Source: Anaeromyxobacteraceae bacterium
GTDB taxonomy: Bacteria; Myxococcota; Myxococcia; Myxococcales; Anaeromyxobacteraceae
Length of the DNA stretch: 64,000 nt
Direction of reading: 5' to 3'
Assembly (NCBI GenBank): GCA_047602405.1
Contig: JASGHJ010000002.1
Coordinates: 1,696,001-1,760,000, forward strand
Shown here: in pieces, positions 10,592 to 22,000 of the stretch
How positions within the stretch are numbered: position 1 is the first letter of the stretch
Layout of the letters: every line of letters starts with the position of its first letter
Program-made: the position numbers and the translations under genes
Notes under the pieces: model-generated
What the model saw: only the letters and a program-made list of their open reading frames with translations
What the model was told of the DNA's origin: nothing
The model's database searches: none

Positions 10592-12440
10592 ATGGAACGC
10601 GTCCACCGCGAGATCGCCCGGGACGTCGCCAGGCTCACGGGCGGCGCGGTCGCCCAGGTCGTCACCCTGGGCCCCGACGGGCCCCGCACGGCCGGGCTCG
10701 AGCTCACCCTGCCCGGCGACGCGGAGCGGGACGCCGTGGCCGCGCTCCTCGACCGGGAGCCCGGGGTGGAGCCCGCGCGCGCCCTCCTCCTGCCCGGCGC
10801 GCGGTTCAGGGTCGTCGTCCGCTGCGAGCCGGAGCTGGAGCGCCTGCTGCCCGCGCCTCCGCGCGGCGCCGGCCCCTGGTCGGTCTTCCACCTCCTCGCC
10901 GGCGAGCCCGACCCGGCGGTGCTGCGCGTGGCGGTGCCCTCCCGGCCAGGGGCCGCCACCCTGCGGGTCCACGACGCCGCCGCCCGGCTCGCGGCGGGGC
11001 GCCTCGAGGCCGCGCGCACCCGCCTCGACGTCTCCCGCGAGCGCCGGGCCCTCGCGGACCTCCGGACGGCGCGCGACACCCTCGCCGGCCTCCACGGCGC
11101 CGGGACCCAGCTCATGGGCGAGACCGACGAGGACGGCGTCTTCCGCGTCATCGCCCGGGAGCTCCACCGGCTCGGCCACCACGCGGGCGTCCTCGCCCCG
11201 GCCCCGGAGGGCGGCAACCGCCTCGCCTGGCGCTTCACGAGCCTCGCCCCGCCCGTGCAGCGGGCGATGGAGCGGGTGATCGGCCAGCCGCTCGGCGCCG
11301 TCCGCGTCGACCTCTCCGCCGCGCCGCTCGTCCGCCGCTGCCTCGCGATCGCCCGGCCGGTGGAGTCGAGCCAGAATCCGGCCGGTGGTGCGGCAGCTCT
11401 TCGCCACGGCCGGGCTCCGGCAGCTCCGCCTGCTCGGCCGGCTGCTCGGCTTCCGGCGGGCCATCCTCGCCCCGCTCGGCCGCGCCGGCGGCGCCCCCGT
11501 GGGCGTCCTCGTCGTGGCGGCGCCGCGGCACCGCCGGGGCGACCTCGAGGCCATCGACGCCTTCGCGCAGCAGGCCTCCATCGCCCTCGAGAAGGCCCGG
11601 CTCTTCGCGGCGCTCGAGCGCGGCCGCTCCGGCCTGGAGCGCGAGGTCGAGCGCCGGACCCGCGAGCTGACCCTCGCGGTGAGCGCGCTCGAGGAGGCCG
11701 GCCGCCGCCGCGACCACTTCCTCGCGAACGTCTCGCACGAGCTGCGCACCCCGCTCGTCACCGTGCTCGGCTGGTCCGACCTGCTCCTCCAGGAGAAGCT
11801 CGGCGCGCTCGCCCCGCGGCAGCGGGCGGCCCTCGAGGTCATCGGCACCTCCGGCCGGCGCCTGCGCGGGTTCATCGACGAGCTCCTCGAGCTCGAGCGT
11901 CACGAGCTCACCCGCGGCGGGCTCACCTTCGCCGAGCTCGACGTGGGCGACGTCCTCACCCAGACGCTGGTCGCGCTCGCGCCGCGGTACGCCGAGCGCG
12001 GGCTCCGGCTGCGGGCCCGGGTCGCGCGCGGCACGCCGAAGCTCTGGGGCGACCGGGAGCGGATCCTCCAGGCGCTCTCGAACCTGCTCGTGAACGCCGA
12101 GCGCTACAGCCCCGACGGCGCGCTCGTGCGGGTCGCCGCGGCGCGGGTGCGCCCCGGGCGCCTGGAGATCGCGGTCGCCGACCGCGGGGCCGGGATCCCC
12201 GACGAGCACCTGCCGCACGTCTTCGAGCGCCTCTACCAGGTGCGGGACGACCGCGGGGCCGGGCATCGCGGCGGCGCGCTCGGGATCGGGCTCGCGCTCG
12301 TGAAGAGCATCGTGGAGGCCCACGGCGGCGCGGTCTCGGTCCGCTCGAAGGTGGGCCACGGCACGACGTTCCGGCTGTCGCTCCCGACCGTGGAGGTGCT
12401 CGAGGGCGAGGCCCTCACCCGCGCGTCGACGACCGCCTGA
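10592..12440 (+). CDS. GAF-like sensor histidine kinase (apparent frameshift at 11374-11378)
   Basis: SHELRTP H-box, N box, DRGAGI and GIGL boxes; removing one A from GAATC joins the two frames (Q-I-R-P-V-V-R). Confidence 0.8.
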
Positions 12441-12972
12441 GGAGCTCGTCCGGCGCCCCGGGCCCGAGGTGGCTCCAGGCGATCCGGCCGAGCGCCTCGA
12501 CGTCGGGGACCTCCCAGGCCGGCCGCCGCCGGGCGTGGACCCGGGCGGCGTAGCCCGCGAGCGCGTGCAGCTGCTCGGGGCTCGGCGAGACCACGGGGCG
12601 CGCGCGCTTCAAGGCGACGAGCGCCTCGAGGGGCGCCATCCCCCGGGCGACGAGCACGCAGGCCGCGACGAGCGCGCTGCGGCCGATGCCGTACTGACAG
12701 TGCACGAGCACCCGCTCGCCGGCGTCGAGGCCGGCGCCCGCGAAGGCGACGGCCTCGTCCAGCGCCGTGGGCGAGACCGCGCGCGTGTCGCAGGTCGGCA
12801 GGTGGAGCAGCGTGATCCCGTGCGTGCGGAGCACCTCGGCGTCGTCGCAGGCCTCCTCGCGTACGTCGATCACCCGCGCGAGGCCGTGATCGGCGGCGAG
12901 CCGGGCCGCGAGCTCCATCGGGAAGTGCGCGCCGACGGCGAGCCCGGGGGTGACGAAGTGGAGGTCGAGCAC
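12415..12972 (-). CDS. Dual-specificity/tyrosine protein phosphatase
   Basis: VHCQYGIGRS (HCX5R) P-loop. Confidence 0.85.
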   Translation of the reverse strand: MLDLHFVTPGLAVGAHFPMELAARLAADHGLARVIDVREEACDDAEVLRTHGITLLHLPTCDTRAVSPTALDEAVAFAGAGLDAGERVLVHCQYGIGRSALVAACVLVARGMAPLEALVALKRARPVVSPSPEQLHALAGYAARVHARRRPAWEVPDVEALGRIAWSHLGPGAPDELLRRSSTRG

Positions 12973-15900
12973 TACGCCCGGATGATGCTTCGTGAGGGCC
13001 CCTCCGGCGAGCCCCCGGGCCGGCCCGCATCCCCCTCCGGGAGCCGGAAGGTCGCCACCATGGAGGACAGCTCCTCGGCCTGGCTGGAGAGCTCGGCCAC
13101 GGTGGAGCTCGTCTCCTCGGCGCTCGCGGCGTTCTGCTGGGTGACCCGCTCGACCTCCGCGATGGCGCCCGCGATGCCCTCCACCCGCGTCGACTGCAGG
13201 CGGGCCTGGTCGCGCAGGCCGGAGATGGCCCCCACGACCTCCCCGACGCCCGCGGCGATCTCGCCGAGCCGCGCGTTCACGCGGACGCCCACCGCGCGGC
13301 CGCCCTCGGCCTCGGCCACCGAGGCCTTGATGAGCTTCTCGGTGCGCATCGCGGCGTCCTTCGAGCGGAGCGCGAGCGAGCGCACCTCCTCGGCGACGAC
13401 CGCGAACCCCCTCCCCGCCTCGCCGGCGCGCGCGGCCTCGACCGCGGCGTTGAGGGCGAGGAGGTTCGTCTGGAACGCGATGTCGGTCATGTCCTTCAGG
13501 ATGTGCTCGGTCCCCTCGGCGGAGGTCCGCACCCGCTGCATCGCGCCGTCCATCTCGGCGGCGAGCACCTCGCCCTCGCGCGCCTTCGCCTCCGCCTTCG
13601 TGGCGAGGGCCGCGGCGCGCTCCGCGTCGCCCGCGCTGTCGCGGGCCGCGACGGCCATCTCCGACAGCCTCGCGGACGCGTCGGAGACCGCGTGGGCCTG
13701 CGTGGAGGCCCCGTTCGCGACCGCCTGGGCCGCGCCGGCGATCTGCGACGAGCCGCCGGACACCTGGTGGGCCGCCTCGGCGACCTGCGCGATCGACTGG
13801 CCGAGCGCCTGGCCGGTCGCGTTGACCGCCCGGGCGAGCCGGGCGTGGTCGCCCGCGAACCGCCCCTCGACGCGGGTCGAGAGGTCGCGGCGGGAGAGCG
13901 CCTCGAGGGCCTTCAGGGTCGCCTCGACCGGCGCGGTGACCGCGTCGAGCGTGCGGTTCATGCCCTCGACGACCTTGCGGTACTCGCCCTGGTGCCGGGC
14001 CGACTCCGCGCGGGCCGAGAGGTTCCCCTCCACGCCGGCGCGGGCGAGCACCTCGACGTCCTGGACGAGCGCCCGGATCGCCGCGGACGCCCGGGCGAGG
14101 CTCTCCTGGACGCGCGCGAAGTCCCCGGGGTAGCGGCCCTCGACGCGCTCGGGGAGGTCGCCGTGGGAGATCCGGTCGAGCGCCTCGCTGGCGGCGCCGA
14201 CCGGGGCGAGCACCGCGTCGAGGGTGGCGTTGACGCCCTCCACGATGCGGCGGAAGTCCCCGCCGTGCCGGCCCGCGTCGGCGCGCGCCTCGAGGCGCCC
14301 CTCGACCGCGGCCAGCGAGAGCATGGAGGCGTCGGCGACGAGCGCCCGGATCGCCTCGCTGCACCGGTCGAGGCTCGACTCCACCCGGGCGAAGTCGCCT
14401 CGCCAGCCGGCCGCGAGCGGCGGGGGGATGTCGCCCGCCGCGATCCGCTCGACCTGCTGGGCCGCCACCGAGAGCCGGGACACGAGCGCCTCGACGGCCG
14501 CGTTGGTGGCGTTCACGACGTCGAGGTACGCGCCCCGGAAGCGGGCGGTGTCGGCGCGCTCGGCGAGCCTGCCCTCGACGACGTGCGCCCCGAGCCGGGC
14601 GACCTCGTCGTGGATGGCGGTCACGGCCTCGCGGATGCCGAGGAAGCTGCGGGTGAGGGCGTCGGCGTCCGAGCGCGGCACGAGCGCCTTCCCGAGAATC
14701 GCCCCGCGCGATCGCCTCGGCCGCCGTGGAGGTCTCCCGGAGGTAGTCGAGGGTGGACCGGAAGGCGTCGGCGAGCCGGCCCACCTCGTCGCCGCTCCGG
14801 TGGGTGACCTCCGCCGTCACGTCGCCCCGCGCGATGCGCTCCGCGGCGCCGGCCATCTCCTCCACGGGCCGGGCGATGTGGAGCGCGGCGCGGCGCGCGA
14901 CCGAGGCCGCCGCGCCGAGGAGCGCGAGCGTCACGAGCAACACCGCGAGGCCGCCGAGGAGCAGCGTGCGGTGCATCCCGGCGGAGGCCTCGAGCGCCTC
15001 GGCGCGGGAGAGGTCCGCGAGGATCACGAAGTCCCAGGGCTCGAAGTACGCGACCGCGCCCAGGCGGGCGTCCACCGCGCCGCCCTTCCCGGCCGCCTGC
15101 CGGTCGAAGCGGGCGAGGGCGGTCCCATCGAGGGCCTTTGCCGCGTCGAGGAGGCCCGGCAGCCAGGGCTTCCCGGTCGCGTCCGGCTCCTCGAGGAACG
15201 TCTTGCCCTCCTCCGCCGCGTCGGGGCCCATGAGAAGCTTCCCGCGCTGCGCGCCCGAGGCGCCGTAGACCGCGACGTACCCGGTCTGCCCGATCCGCGT
15301 CTCGGCGATGGCCGTGCGGATGCTGTCGAGCGCGTCGAGGCGGATGCCGACGAAGAGCATGCCGGAGACGGCCCCGGTGGCGTCGCGGAGGGGCTCGTAG
15401 GACGTGAGGTACCAGGCGTCCACCACGAACGCGCGGCCGTCGTACCGGTTCCCGGCGAGCACGGCGGCGGTCACCGCGTTCGGCTTGCCGGAGGGGTCGA
15501 CCGCGGGGATGTACGTGCCGATGGCGCGCTCGCCCTTCGCGTTCGCGACGCTCGTGGCCACGCGCAGCATGTCGCCGCGCGCGTTCATGCGCTGGAAGAG
15601 CGTCACCTTCGCGCCGGTGAGGCGCGAGACGTCGTCGACGAGCGGCAGCCGCATCGCGAAGTCGTTCGTCTGCGGGATCGGCGTCGCGCCGAGCGCGAGC
15701 CTGGGGAGCTTCACCTCGACCGTGGACTTGTCGAGCTGGTTGACGGCCGTCCACGTGACCGCCTCCGCGGTGGCCTGGACCCCGCCGCCGCGGACGAGCG
15801 CGTCCTTCGCGACGCGAAGGGCGGAGCCCACCGCGCGGGACACCTCCGCGTGCGTGGTCTCGCAGACGAGGCGGAGGTCGCGCACGGTCCGCTCGACCCC

Positions 15901-16065
15901 GCCGCGCGCGAGCGCCTCCACGTCCTCCTCGACCTGGGCGCCGATGCGCCAGCGTGCGGCCACGAGGATGCCCGCGAACGCGACGGCGAGCGCCACGGCG
16001 GGGACGATGGAGACGACGAGGATGCGCTGACGGAGGGGGCGATGGTCGCCCAGGAGGCTCGACAT
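12972..16065 (-). CDS. Methyl-accepting chemotaxis protein, Cache plus multiple HAMP domains (apparent frameshift at ~14696-14700)
   Basis: TM-Cache-TM-HAMP N-terminal half; [30 protein letters not shown] signalling hairpin; one-base removal at GAATC fuses the frames. Confidence 0.9.
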
Positions 16066-16227
16066 GGTGCGGGAACCATTGCGAGAATCCGGCCCGCCGT
16101 CCTGTCGGTGCCGCGGCGCGTGGTCGCAGGTAACTGCCCGTCGAGTCTACGGTTTTTGGATCGATCCGCGGTCGGCGTACCCCCTGGGTCAGGGGTCGCC
16201 GCAACCCCCCGGGTTGGCCCGGGGCCA

Positions 16228-16566
16228 TCAGCGCGCGAGCGGCACCACGATGGTGCCGTCCTCGGTGACCTCGAGGGGGCGCTCGCCGGCGCGGGCGGAG
16301 GCCCCCTGCCCGAGGCGCCAGCGCAGCACGTAGGTCCCGTCGGAGAGCTTCACCGCGTGCCGGACCTCGCCGCCCGCGGTCGGCGCGGCGAGCTCGGCGT
16401 GGCGCACGGGCTCGCCCCCGCGCACGAGCTCCACCTCGAGCACCGCGGGCGCCGGGCTCGGCGGCAGGCCGTAGACGAGCACGACGTCGCGGGGCGCCGA
16501 CCGGAAGAGGAACACCCCCACCCCGACCGCGCCCAGCACCGCGACGAGCCGCGCGAGCGGCTTCAC
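16228..16566 (-). CDS. Hypothetical exported protein
   Basis: GTG overlapping the upstream TGA, GGAGG RBS, N-terminal hydrophobic segment. Confidence 0.6.
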   Translation of the reverse strand: MKPLARLVAVLGAVGVGVFLFRSAPRDVVLVYGLPPSPAPAVLEVELVRGGEPVRHAELAAPTAGGEVRHAVKLSDGTYVLRWRLGQGASARAGERPLEVTEDGTIVVPLAR

Positions 16567-17009
16567 TTCCTCGCCTTCCTCGTGGGCTTCCGGCGGGCGG
16601 TCGCCTTCACCTCCGGCCTCGGCCGCCCGGCCGCGTCCGGGCGGACCCGGATCTCGGCGTGGAGCTCGATCGTGCTCTCGGAGAGGGCCTTCAGGAACTC
16701 CCGCCGCACGGTCTCCGACTCGAGGAAGCGCCGGACCTCCTGGCCGAGCAGCCGGAGCACCTCGTCCTTCGCCGCGGAGGCCTGCGAGCCGACGAAGCCC
16801 ACGACCTCCTTCGGGAGCTTCCAGTCGCGCGCGAGCTTGCGCGCCCCCTCCTCCGTCATGAACAGGGCGCCCACGCCCGCGAGGAGCGCGCGCTTCACCG
16901 TCTCCGGGATGAGGCGCCTCGACTCCTCGGACGCGGCCTCGTCGCCGGGGCTCGCCTCCTCGCCCGCGGCGTCCTCGTCCTGCCCGAAGGGATCCCTGGG
17001 GAGCGGCAT
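16563..17009 (-). CDS. Conserved hypothetical protein (phasin-like LAGVGA motif); host gene of the group II intron
   Basis: KRALLAGVGALFMTEE motif; typical codon usage; ATG lies at the intron 3' junction. Confidence 0.7.
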   Translation of the reverse strand: MPLPRDPFGQDEDAAGEEASPGDEAASEESRRLIPETVKRALLAGVGALFMTEEGARKLARDWKLPKEVVGFVGSQASAAKDEVLRLLGQEVRRFLESETVRREFLKALSESTIELHAEIRVRPDAAGRPRPEVKATARRKPTRKARK

Positions 17010-18937
17010 TGGTCGATCCTGGCGCAGTACCGGCCGTTAGGCCAGCCTGGTTCCAGGGCCTCCTTTCAAACCGTGCGTGCGGGTTTCCCGCACACGGCTT
17101 AACGATGGTCTTCGCGCGGCAGCTTGCGCGGGGTAGCGGACGCGGCCCATGCAGCGGTGCAGGCCAAGCTCGAAGAGACGTTCGAAGGGCCAAGCCTCGT
17201 ACTGATAGCGAGTCCGCTGACCACCGCGCCGATGGAGCCAGCGCGTGATCCGTTCGTGCACGTACCAGTCGACGCGGTTGAACTCCCGATCCGCTGTTCC
17301 GGTCCGGAAGTAGTTGGCCCAGCCCCGGATGACGGGGTTCACGGACGCGATGACCTCCTTCACGTCCTTCGCCCCGCTCCTGCGCACGTCCGTCAGCTCG
17401 TGGACGCGCTCGCGGACGCGGGTCATCGCCTTCGGTGAGGGCCAGCGGTGCATGTAGTGCCGGTCGGGGCGCCGCTGGATGCTGCGCCGCTTCCGGTTCA
17501 CGCACCCGAGGAAGGTGAAGCCTTCCTTTCCTCGCCTCAGATCGACGATCCGCGTCTTCTCCGGGTGCAGCGTCAGGCCGAGGCGCGCCATGATGAGCTC
17601 GACGCGCCGCCTCGCCTCGTTCACCTTCGACTCCGTCCCACACATCACGACGAAGTCGTCGGCGTACCGCACCAGGACGCCGAGGTGCTTGCACCTCTGC
17701 GCCCAGATCCGGTCGAGCTCGTGCAGGTAGACGTTGGCGAGCAGCGGCGAGATCACTCCACCCTGTGGCGTTCCCGCCACGGGGTTTCTCACCGTGCCCT
17801 CCTCCATCACCCCGGCCTCCAGCCACTTCCGCAGGAGCTTCAGCACCCTGCGGTCCGAGATCCGCTCCGCCACCATCGCCATCAGCTTCTGCTGGTCGAT
17901 GCTGTCGAAGTACGCCTTGATGTCGGCGTCGAGCACGAAGTTGTGACCCTGGTTGCCAGCCTCGCGGATGGCCTCCAGCGCCTGCGTCGCGCTCCGCTTC
18001 GGCCGGAACCCGTAGCTCGACGACAGGAAGTCGGCCTCGAAGATCGGCTCGAGCACCAACTTCGCAGCCATCTGCGCCACGCGATCCCGCACCGTCGGGA
18101 TCCCGAGCGGCCGCTGCTTTCCGTCTGCCTTCGGGATGTACCGCCGCCTCACCGGGAGGGGGCGGTATTCGCCTGCCAGGAGATCGGCCTGGATCCCTTC
18201 GAGGAACGCCTCGACTCCGCTCTCCTCGATGGCCCGGATGGACTCGTCGTCCACCCCTGCCGCGCCTCCGTTGCTGCGCACCCGCTTCCACGCTTCCCGC
18301 AGGACGTCACCCCTGCAGATCCGGTCGTACAATGCGTGAAAGCGCCGCGTGCTGCTCCGCTTGGCGGCCACGTAAAGCCGGCGCTGGAGTTCTCGCACTT
18401 TGTCGATGGGGGTGTTGGGCCTCACGGCCATGCCCTCGCGCTTACCCCCAGTGCCGACGCGACCAAAGCAGGGCCCCTTCCCTCCGCGCGGTTATCCCGC
18501 GCCTCACCGGTACTACGGGCCCCTCGGACTCCCTTCCGGCTCCTCGCGCTTTCGACTCCCGTCTTATGCGCTCGGTCTCTGCCCGACGCGGGCTGCCGGC
18601 GAGGGTCTCTCGTGTTCCACACCGATCCTTCGCGACGTGCCGCCGCCCCTACCCCGGGGAGCCCCAGCGTCCGTTCCGGACCAAGGACGCTGTGCATCGC
18701 CTTCGCCGTGGCATGACCGGCTCGGCGCTCCCGAACACCTTTCGGCTGAGGATTTGTCGAGGCTGAAGCGTTCACCTTGTTGCGGCCCGCCGCTTCGCTT
18801 CCTCCGTACGTGAGGCTTTCGACGCACCGCTCGGCATGCCCGGTCTCCCGGACAAGCTGGTGCCTGCTTCCGGGCTCTCCGGCGATTACCCGGACCGGAC
18901 TCTCACCGGCTGGATCGGTGCAGCTTCCACGACGCAC
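17007..18937 (-). mobile_element. Group II intron, 1931 nt (boundaries could shift by 1 nt to 17008-18938)
   Basis: 5' GTGCG at 18937; domain V AAGCCGTGTGCGGGAAACCCGCACGCACGGTTT at ~17068-17100; DVI hairpin CCTGG...CCAGG ending ACCAAT(G); internal RT ORF. Confidence 0.92.
17037..18431 (-). CDS. ltrA: Group II intron reverse transcriptase/maturase, no endonuclease domain
   Basis: RPLGIPTVRDR, GTPQGGVISPLL, YADD, FTFLG, GWANYF (X domain). Confidence 0.96.
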   Translation of the reverse strand: MAVRPNTPIDKVRELQRRLYVAAKRSSTRRFHALYDRICRGDVLREAWKRVRSNGGAAGVDDESIRAIEESGVEAFLEGIQADLLAGEYRPLPVRRRYIPKADGKQRPLGIPTVRDRVAQMAAKLVLEPIFEADFLSSSYGFRPKRSATQALEAIREAGNQGHNFVLDADIKAYFDSIDQQKLMAMVAERISDRRVLKLLRKWLEAGVMEEGTVRNPVAGTPQGGVISPLLANVYLHELDRIWAQRCKHLGVLVRYADDFVVMCGTESKVNEARRRVELIMARLGLTLHPEKTRIVDLRRGKEGFTFLGCVNRKRRSIQRRPDRHYMHRWPSPKAMTRVRERVHELTDVRRSGAKDVKEVIASVNPVIRGWANYFRTGTADREFNRVDWYVHERITRWLHRRGGQRTRYQYEAWPFERLFELGLHRCMGRVRYPAQAAARRPSLSRVRETRTHGLKGGPGTRLA

Positions 18938-18963
18938 CATGACCCCATCCTAGCGCGTCGGGG

Positions 18964-20044
18964 CTACCGCGGCGCGCCGATGACCGGGAGCTTCGGCGCC
19001 TTCACGACGGCCATCGAGACCGCGCCGCCGACGTTGCGGGCGACGTCGAGGAACGCGGCGGCCTGCGGGCTGTCGGGGTGCCCGGCGACCACCGGCACGC
19101 CCTTGTCGCCGCCCTCGCGGATGGCGAGGTCGATCGGCACCTCGCCGAGGAACTTGATGCCCATCTTGGTGGCCGCGGCGCGGGCGCCGCCCTTGTCGAA
19201 GATGGCGGTCTCGGCGTGGCAGTGCGGGCAGACGAAGGCCGACATGTTCTCCACGATGCCGAGCACCGGGATGTTGACCTTGTCGAACATGAGCTTCGCG
19301 CGGATGACGTCGGCGAGCGCGACGTCCTGCGGGGTCGACACGAGCACCACGCCGGCGGCGCGCACGTTCTGGGCGAGGGTGAGCGGGACGTCGCCGGTGC
19401 CGGGGGGCAGGTCGAGCACGAGGTAGTCGAGCTCGCCCCAGCGCACGTCCTTGATGAGCTGCATGAGCGCGCCGGTCACCATGGGCCCTCGCCAGACCAG
19501 CGCCTCGTCCGGATCGATGAGGAAGCCGATCGACATGACCTTGAGGCCGTGGGCCTCGAGGGGATCGAATCTTCTGCCCGTCGGTGGAGGTCGGCTTCTG
19601 GTTCACGCCGGTGAGGATCGGCAGCGAGGGGCCGTAGATGTCGGCGTCGAGGAGGCCGACCTTCGCGCCGAGGCGCGAGAGCGCCACCGCGAGGTTGATC
19701 GAGACGGTGCTCTTGCCGACGCCACCCTTCCCCGCGCCGACGAGGATGATGTTCTTCACGCCCGGGGTCATCTGGGACTCGACCGCGCCCGGCGCGCTGC
19801 GCACGACGGCCGTGAAGGCGAGCTCCACCCCGGAGAAGCCCGCGCCGGTGAGCGCCGCGGTGACGTCCTTCTGGAGGGTGTCCTTGAACGGGCAGGCGGG
19901 CGTGGTGAGCTCGACGGTGAGCTTCACGCGGGTGCCCTCGACGGCGAGGTTCTTCACCATCCCGAGCGAGACGAGATCGCGCTTCAGCTCGGGGTCGAGC
20001 ACCTTCTTGAGGGCGGCGGTGGCGGCGGCGTTGTCGAGCGTCAT
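18964..20044 (-). CDS. apbC: Mrp/ApbC Fe-S cluster carrier ATPase (apparent frameshift at 19567-19571)
   Basis: [39 protein letters not shown]. Confidence 0.9.
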
Positions 20045-20487
20045 GGGGCGAGCGTTTTAGCATCCAGCGCGTCCACCCGCCATGCCCCGCGCTCGGCCAC
20101 GAGGAGCGCGTACCGGCCCTCCCCGAGCGCCAGGCGGGCGGTGCCGTCCTCGAGGGCGAGCGGGGCGCCCGCGGCCGCCCGCCGCGCCCTCGCGACCGCC
20201 TCCCGCCCCGCGGGTCCCGCCCCCGCGTGGTCGCGCGCGAGCCGGGCGGGGCTCGTGCGGGTGCGCCACCGCGCCGAGAGGAGCGCGCAGGCGCGCTCGA
20301 AGTCCCCCTCCTCCACGGCGGCGGCGAAGCGCGCGAGGACCTCCCGCGCCGCCTCGGCGTCGAGCCCGCGGGCCTCCGGCGCGGCGCCCACGGCGCCGTG
20401 GTCCCCGGCCCCGGCACGCACCGCCGGGCCGGCGCAGGCGGCGATCACCGGGGCGAGGACGAGCGCGGCCGCGCGGACGAGGTTCAC
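20041..20487 (-). CDS. Hypothetical lipoprotein
   Basis: IAAC lipobox; stop overlaps the apbC ATG. Confidence 0.55.
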   Translation of the reverse strand: MNLVRAAALVLAPVIAACAGPAVRAGAGDHGAVGAAPEARGLDAEAAREVLARFAAAVEEGDFERACALLSARWRTRTSPARLARDHAGAGPAGREAVARARRAAAGAPLALEDGTARLALGEGRYALLVAERGAWRVDALDAKTLAP

Positions 20488-20535
20488 CCTCCGGCAGATA
20501 TCGCATCGCGGACCGGGGCGCCACGGTGCTAGGCT

Positions 20536-21979
20536 CAATGCCGATCGGTTAGCGCCAACCGATCGAGACCGATGGGGATTTTGGAGGCCGGGGCAGCAGA
20601 GTTGCCGCGGCGATCCAGGAGATCATGATGCGGCGATCGCCCGGAGGGCGATCCCATGCCGCGTCGCCCCGTTTCCGCCCAAGAGGACAGCTCGGGCGAG
20701 TTGCTGGATAGGTTCCAGGCGAGCCTCGATCCCGAATGGATCGAGGAAGCCCTTCAGGCCACCGGGACGGCCACCATCCGCCGGCGCCGCCTTCCAGCCG
20801 AGCAGGTCGTCTGGCTCGTGCTCGGGATGGGCATCTACCGTAACAAGCCCATCGCCGAGATCGTCGCGGAGCTCGATCTCGCGCTACCGGGGCGGCGCCC
20901 GCGCGCGGCCTCGAGTTCGGTGACCCAGGCGCGCGAGCGGCTGGGCAGCGAGCCCATCCGCTGGCTGTTCGAACGCAGCGCCGAAAAGTGGGCGCACGAG
21001 AGTGCGCGCCGGCACGCGTGGCGCGGGCTCGCCGTCTACGGCGTGGACGGCACGACCGTCCGTCTCCCGGACTCCGAAGCGAACCGCGATCATTTCGGCT
21101 ACGCCGTGAGCTCCCGAGGCGAGAGCGCGTATCCGATGGCACGCCTCGTCACGCTGATGGCCCTCCGCTCGCACCTGCTGGCGGCGGCCCGCTTCGGTCC
21201 ACAGTCGGGCAGCGAGAATCGCTCTCGCCAGGGAGTTGTGGCCGCTCGTGCCGGACGAGTCGCTGTGCATCGTGGATCGCAACTTCCTCTCGTCGGCGCT
21301 GCTCATCGGCATTGCGAGCCACGGGCATCGAAGGCACTGGCTCATCCGCGCGAAGAGCGACACGGCCTGGAAGGTAGTCCGCTCGCTCGGGCGCGGCGAC
21401 TGGCTCGTCGAGAAGACCGTCCACCGGGACGCCCGCCGAGAGAACCCTGACCTCCCCGAGCGCTGGGAGATGCGGGCAATCCGCTATCAGCGGAAGGGCT
21501 TCAAGCCTCAGACCCTGCTGACGTCGATGACGGACCCGGAGGTTTACCCGGCGGCCGAGATCGTCGCGCTCTACCACGAGCGCTGGGAGATCGAGCTCGG
21601 CTACGACGAGGTCAAGACTGTCATGCTCGACCGCGAGGAGACGACGCGCAGCAGGACTCCTCGCGGCGTCTCCCAGGAGCTCTGGGGCCTCGCCCTCGCG
21701 TACAACCTCGTCCGGCTCGAGATGGAGCGCATGGCCGAGGACGCCGGCGTCACGCCCGACCGCGTCAGCTTCAAGAACGCGCTCATGTACATCGAGCACG
21801 CCCTCCTAACGCTCTCCCTAGAGAGCGCGGGACGCATCCCGGAGCACCTCCGCCGCCTCCGGGAAGACGTCGTGCACTTCATCCTGCCGAAGCGACGGCT
21901 GCGGTCCTACCCGAGGGCCGTGAAGATCAAGATGAGCAACTACCCCCGGAAACGCCGAGGGCTTAAGTGAGCGGCATTG
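20536..21979 (+). mobile_element. IS4-family insertion sequence, 1444 bp
   Basis: IRL CAATGCCGATCGGTTAG and IRR (reverse complement) CAATGCCGCTCACTTAAG; direct repeat GTGCTAGGCT at 20526-20535 and 21980-21989. Confidence 0.93.
20656..21970 (+). CDS. IS4 family DDE transposase (apparent frameshift at 21216-21220)
   Basis: [37 protein letters not shown] (YREK motif). Confidence 0.92.
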
Positions 21980-22000
21980 GTGCTAGGCTCGGCCGCACGC

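Noticed and set aside
17037..18431. RT as a retron, DGR or CRISPR-associated enzyme
   Set aside because: Domain V/VI, the GTGCG 5' end and the X domain identify a group II intron
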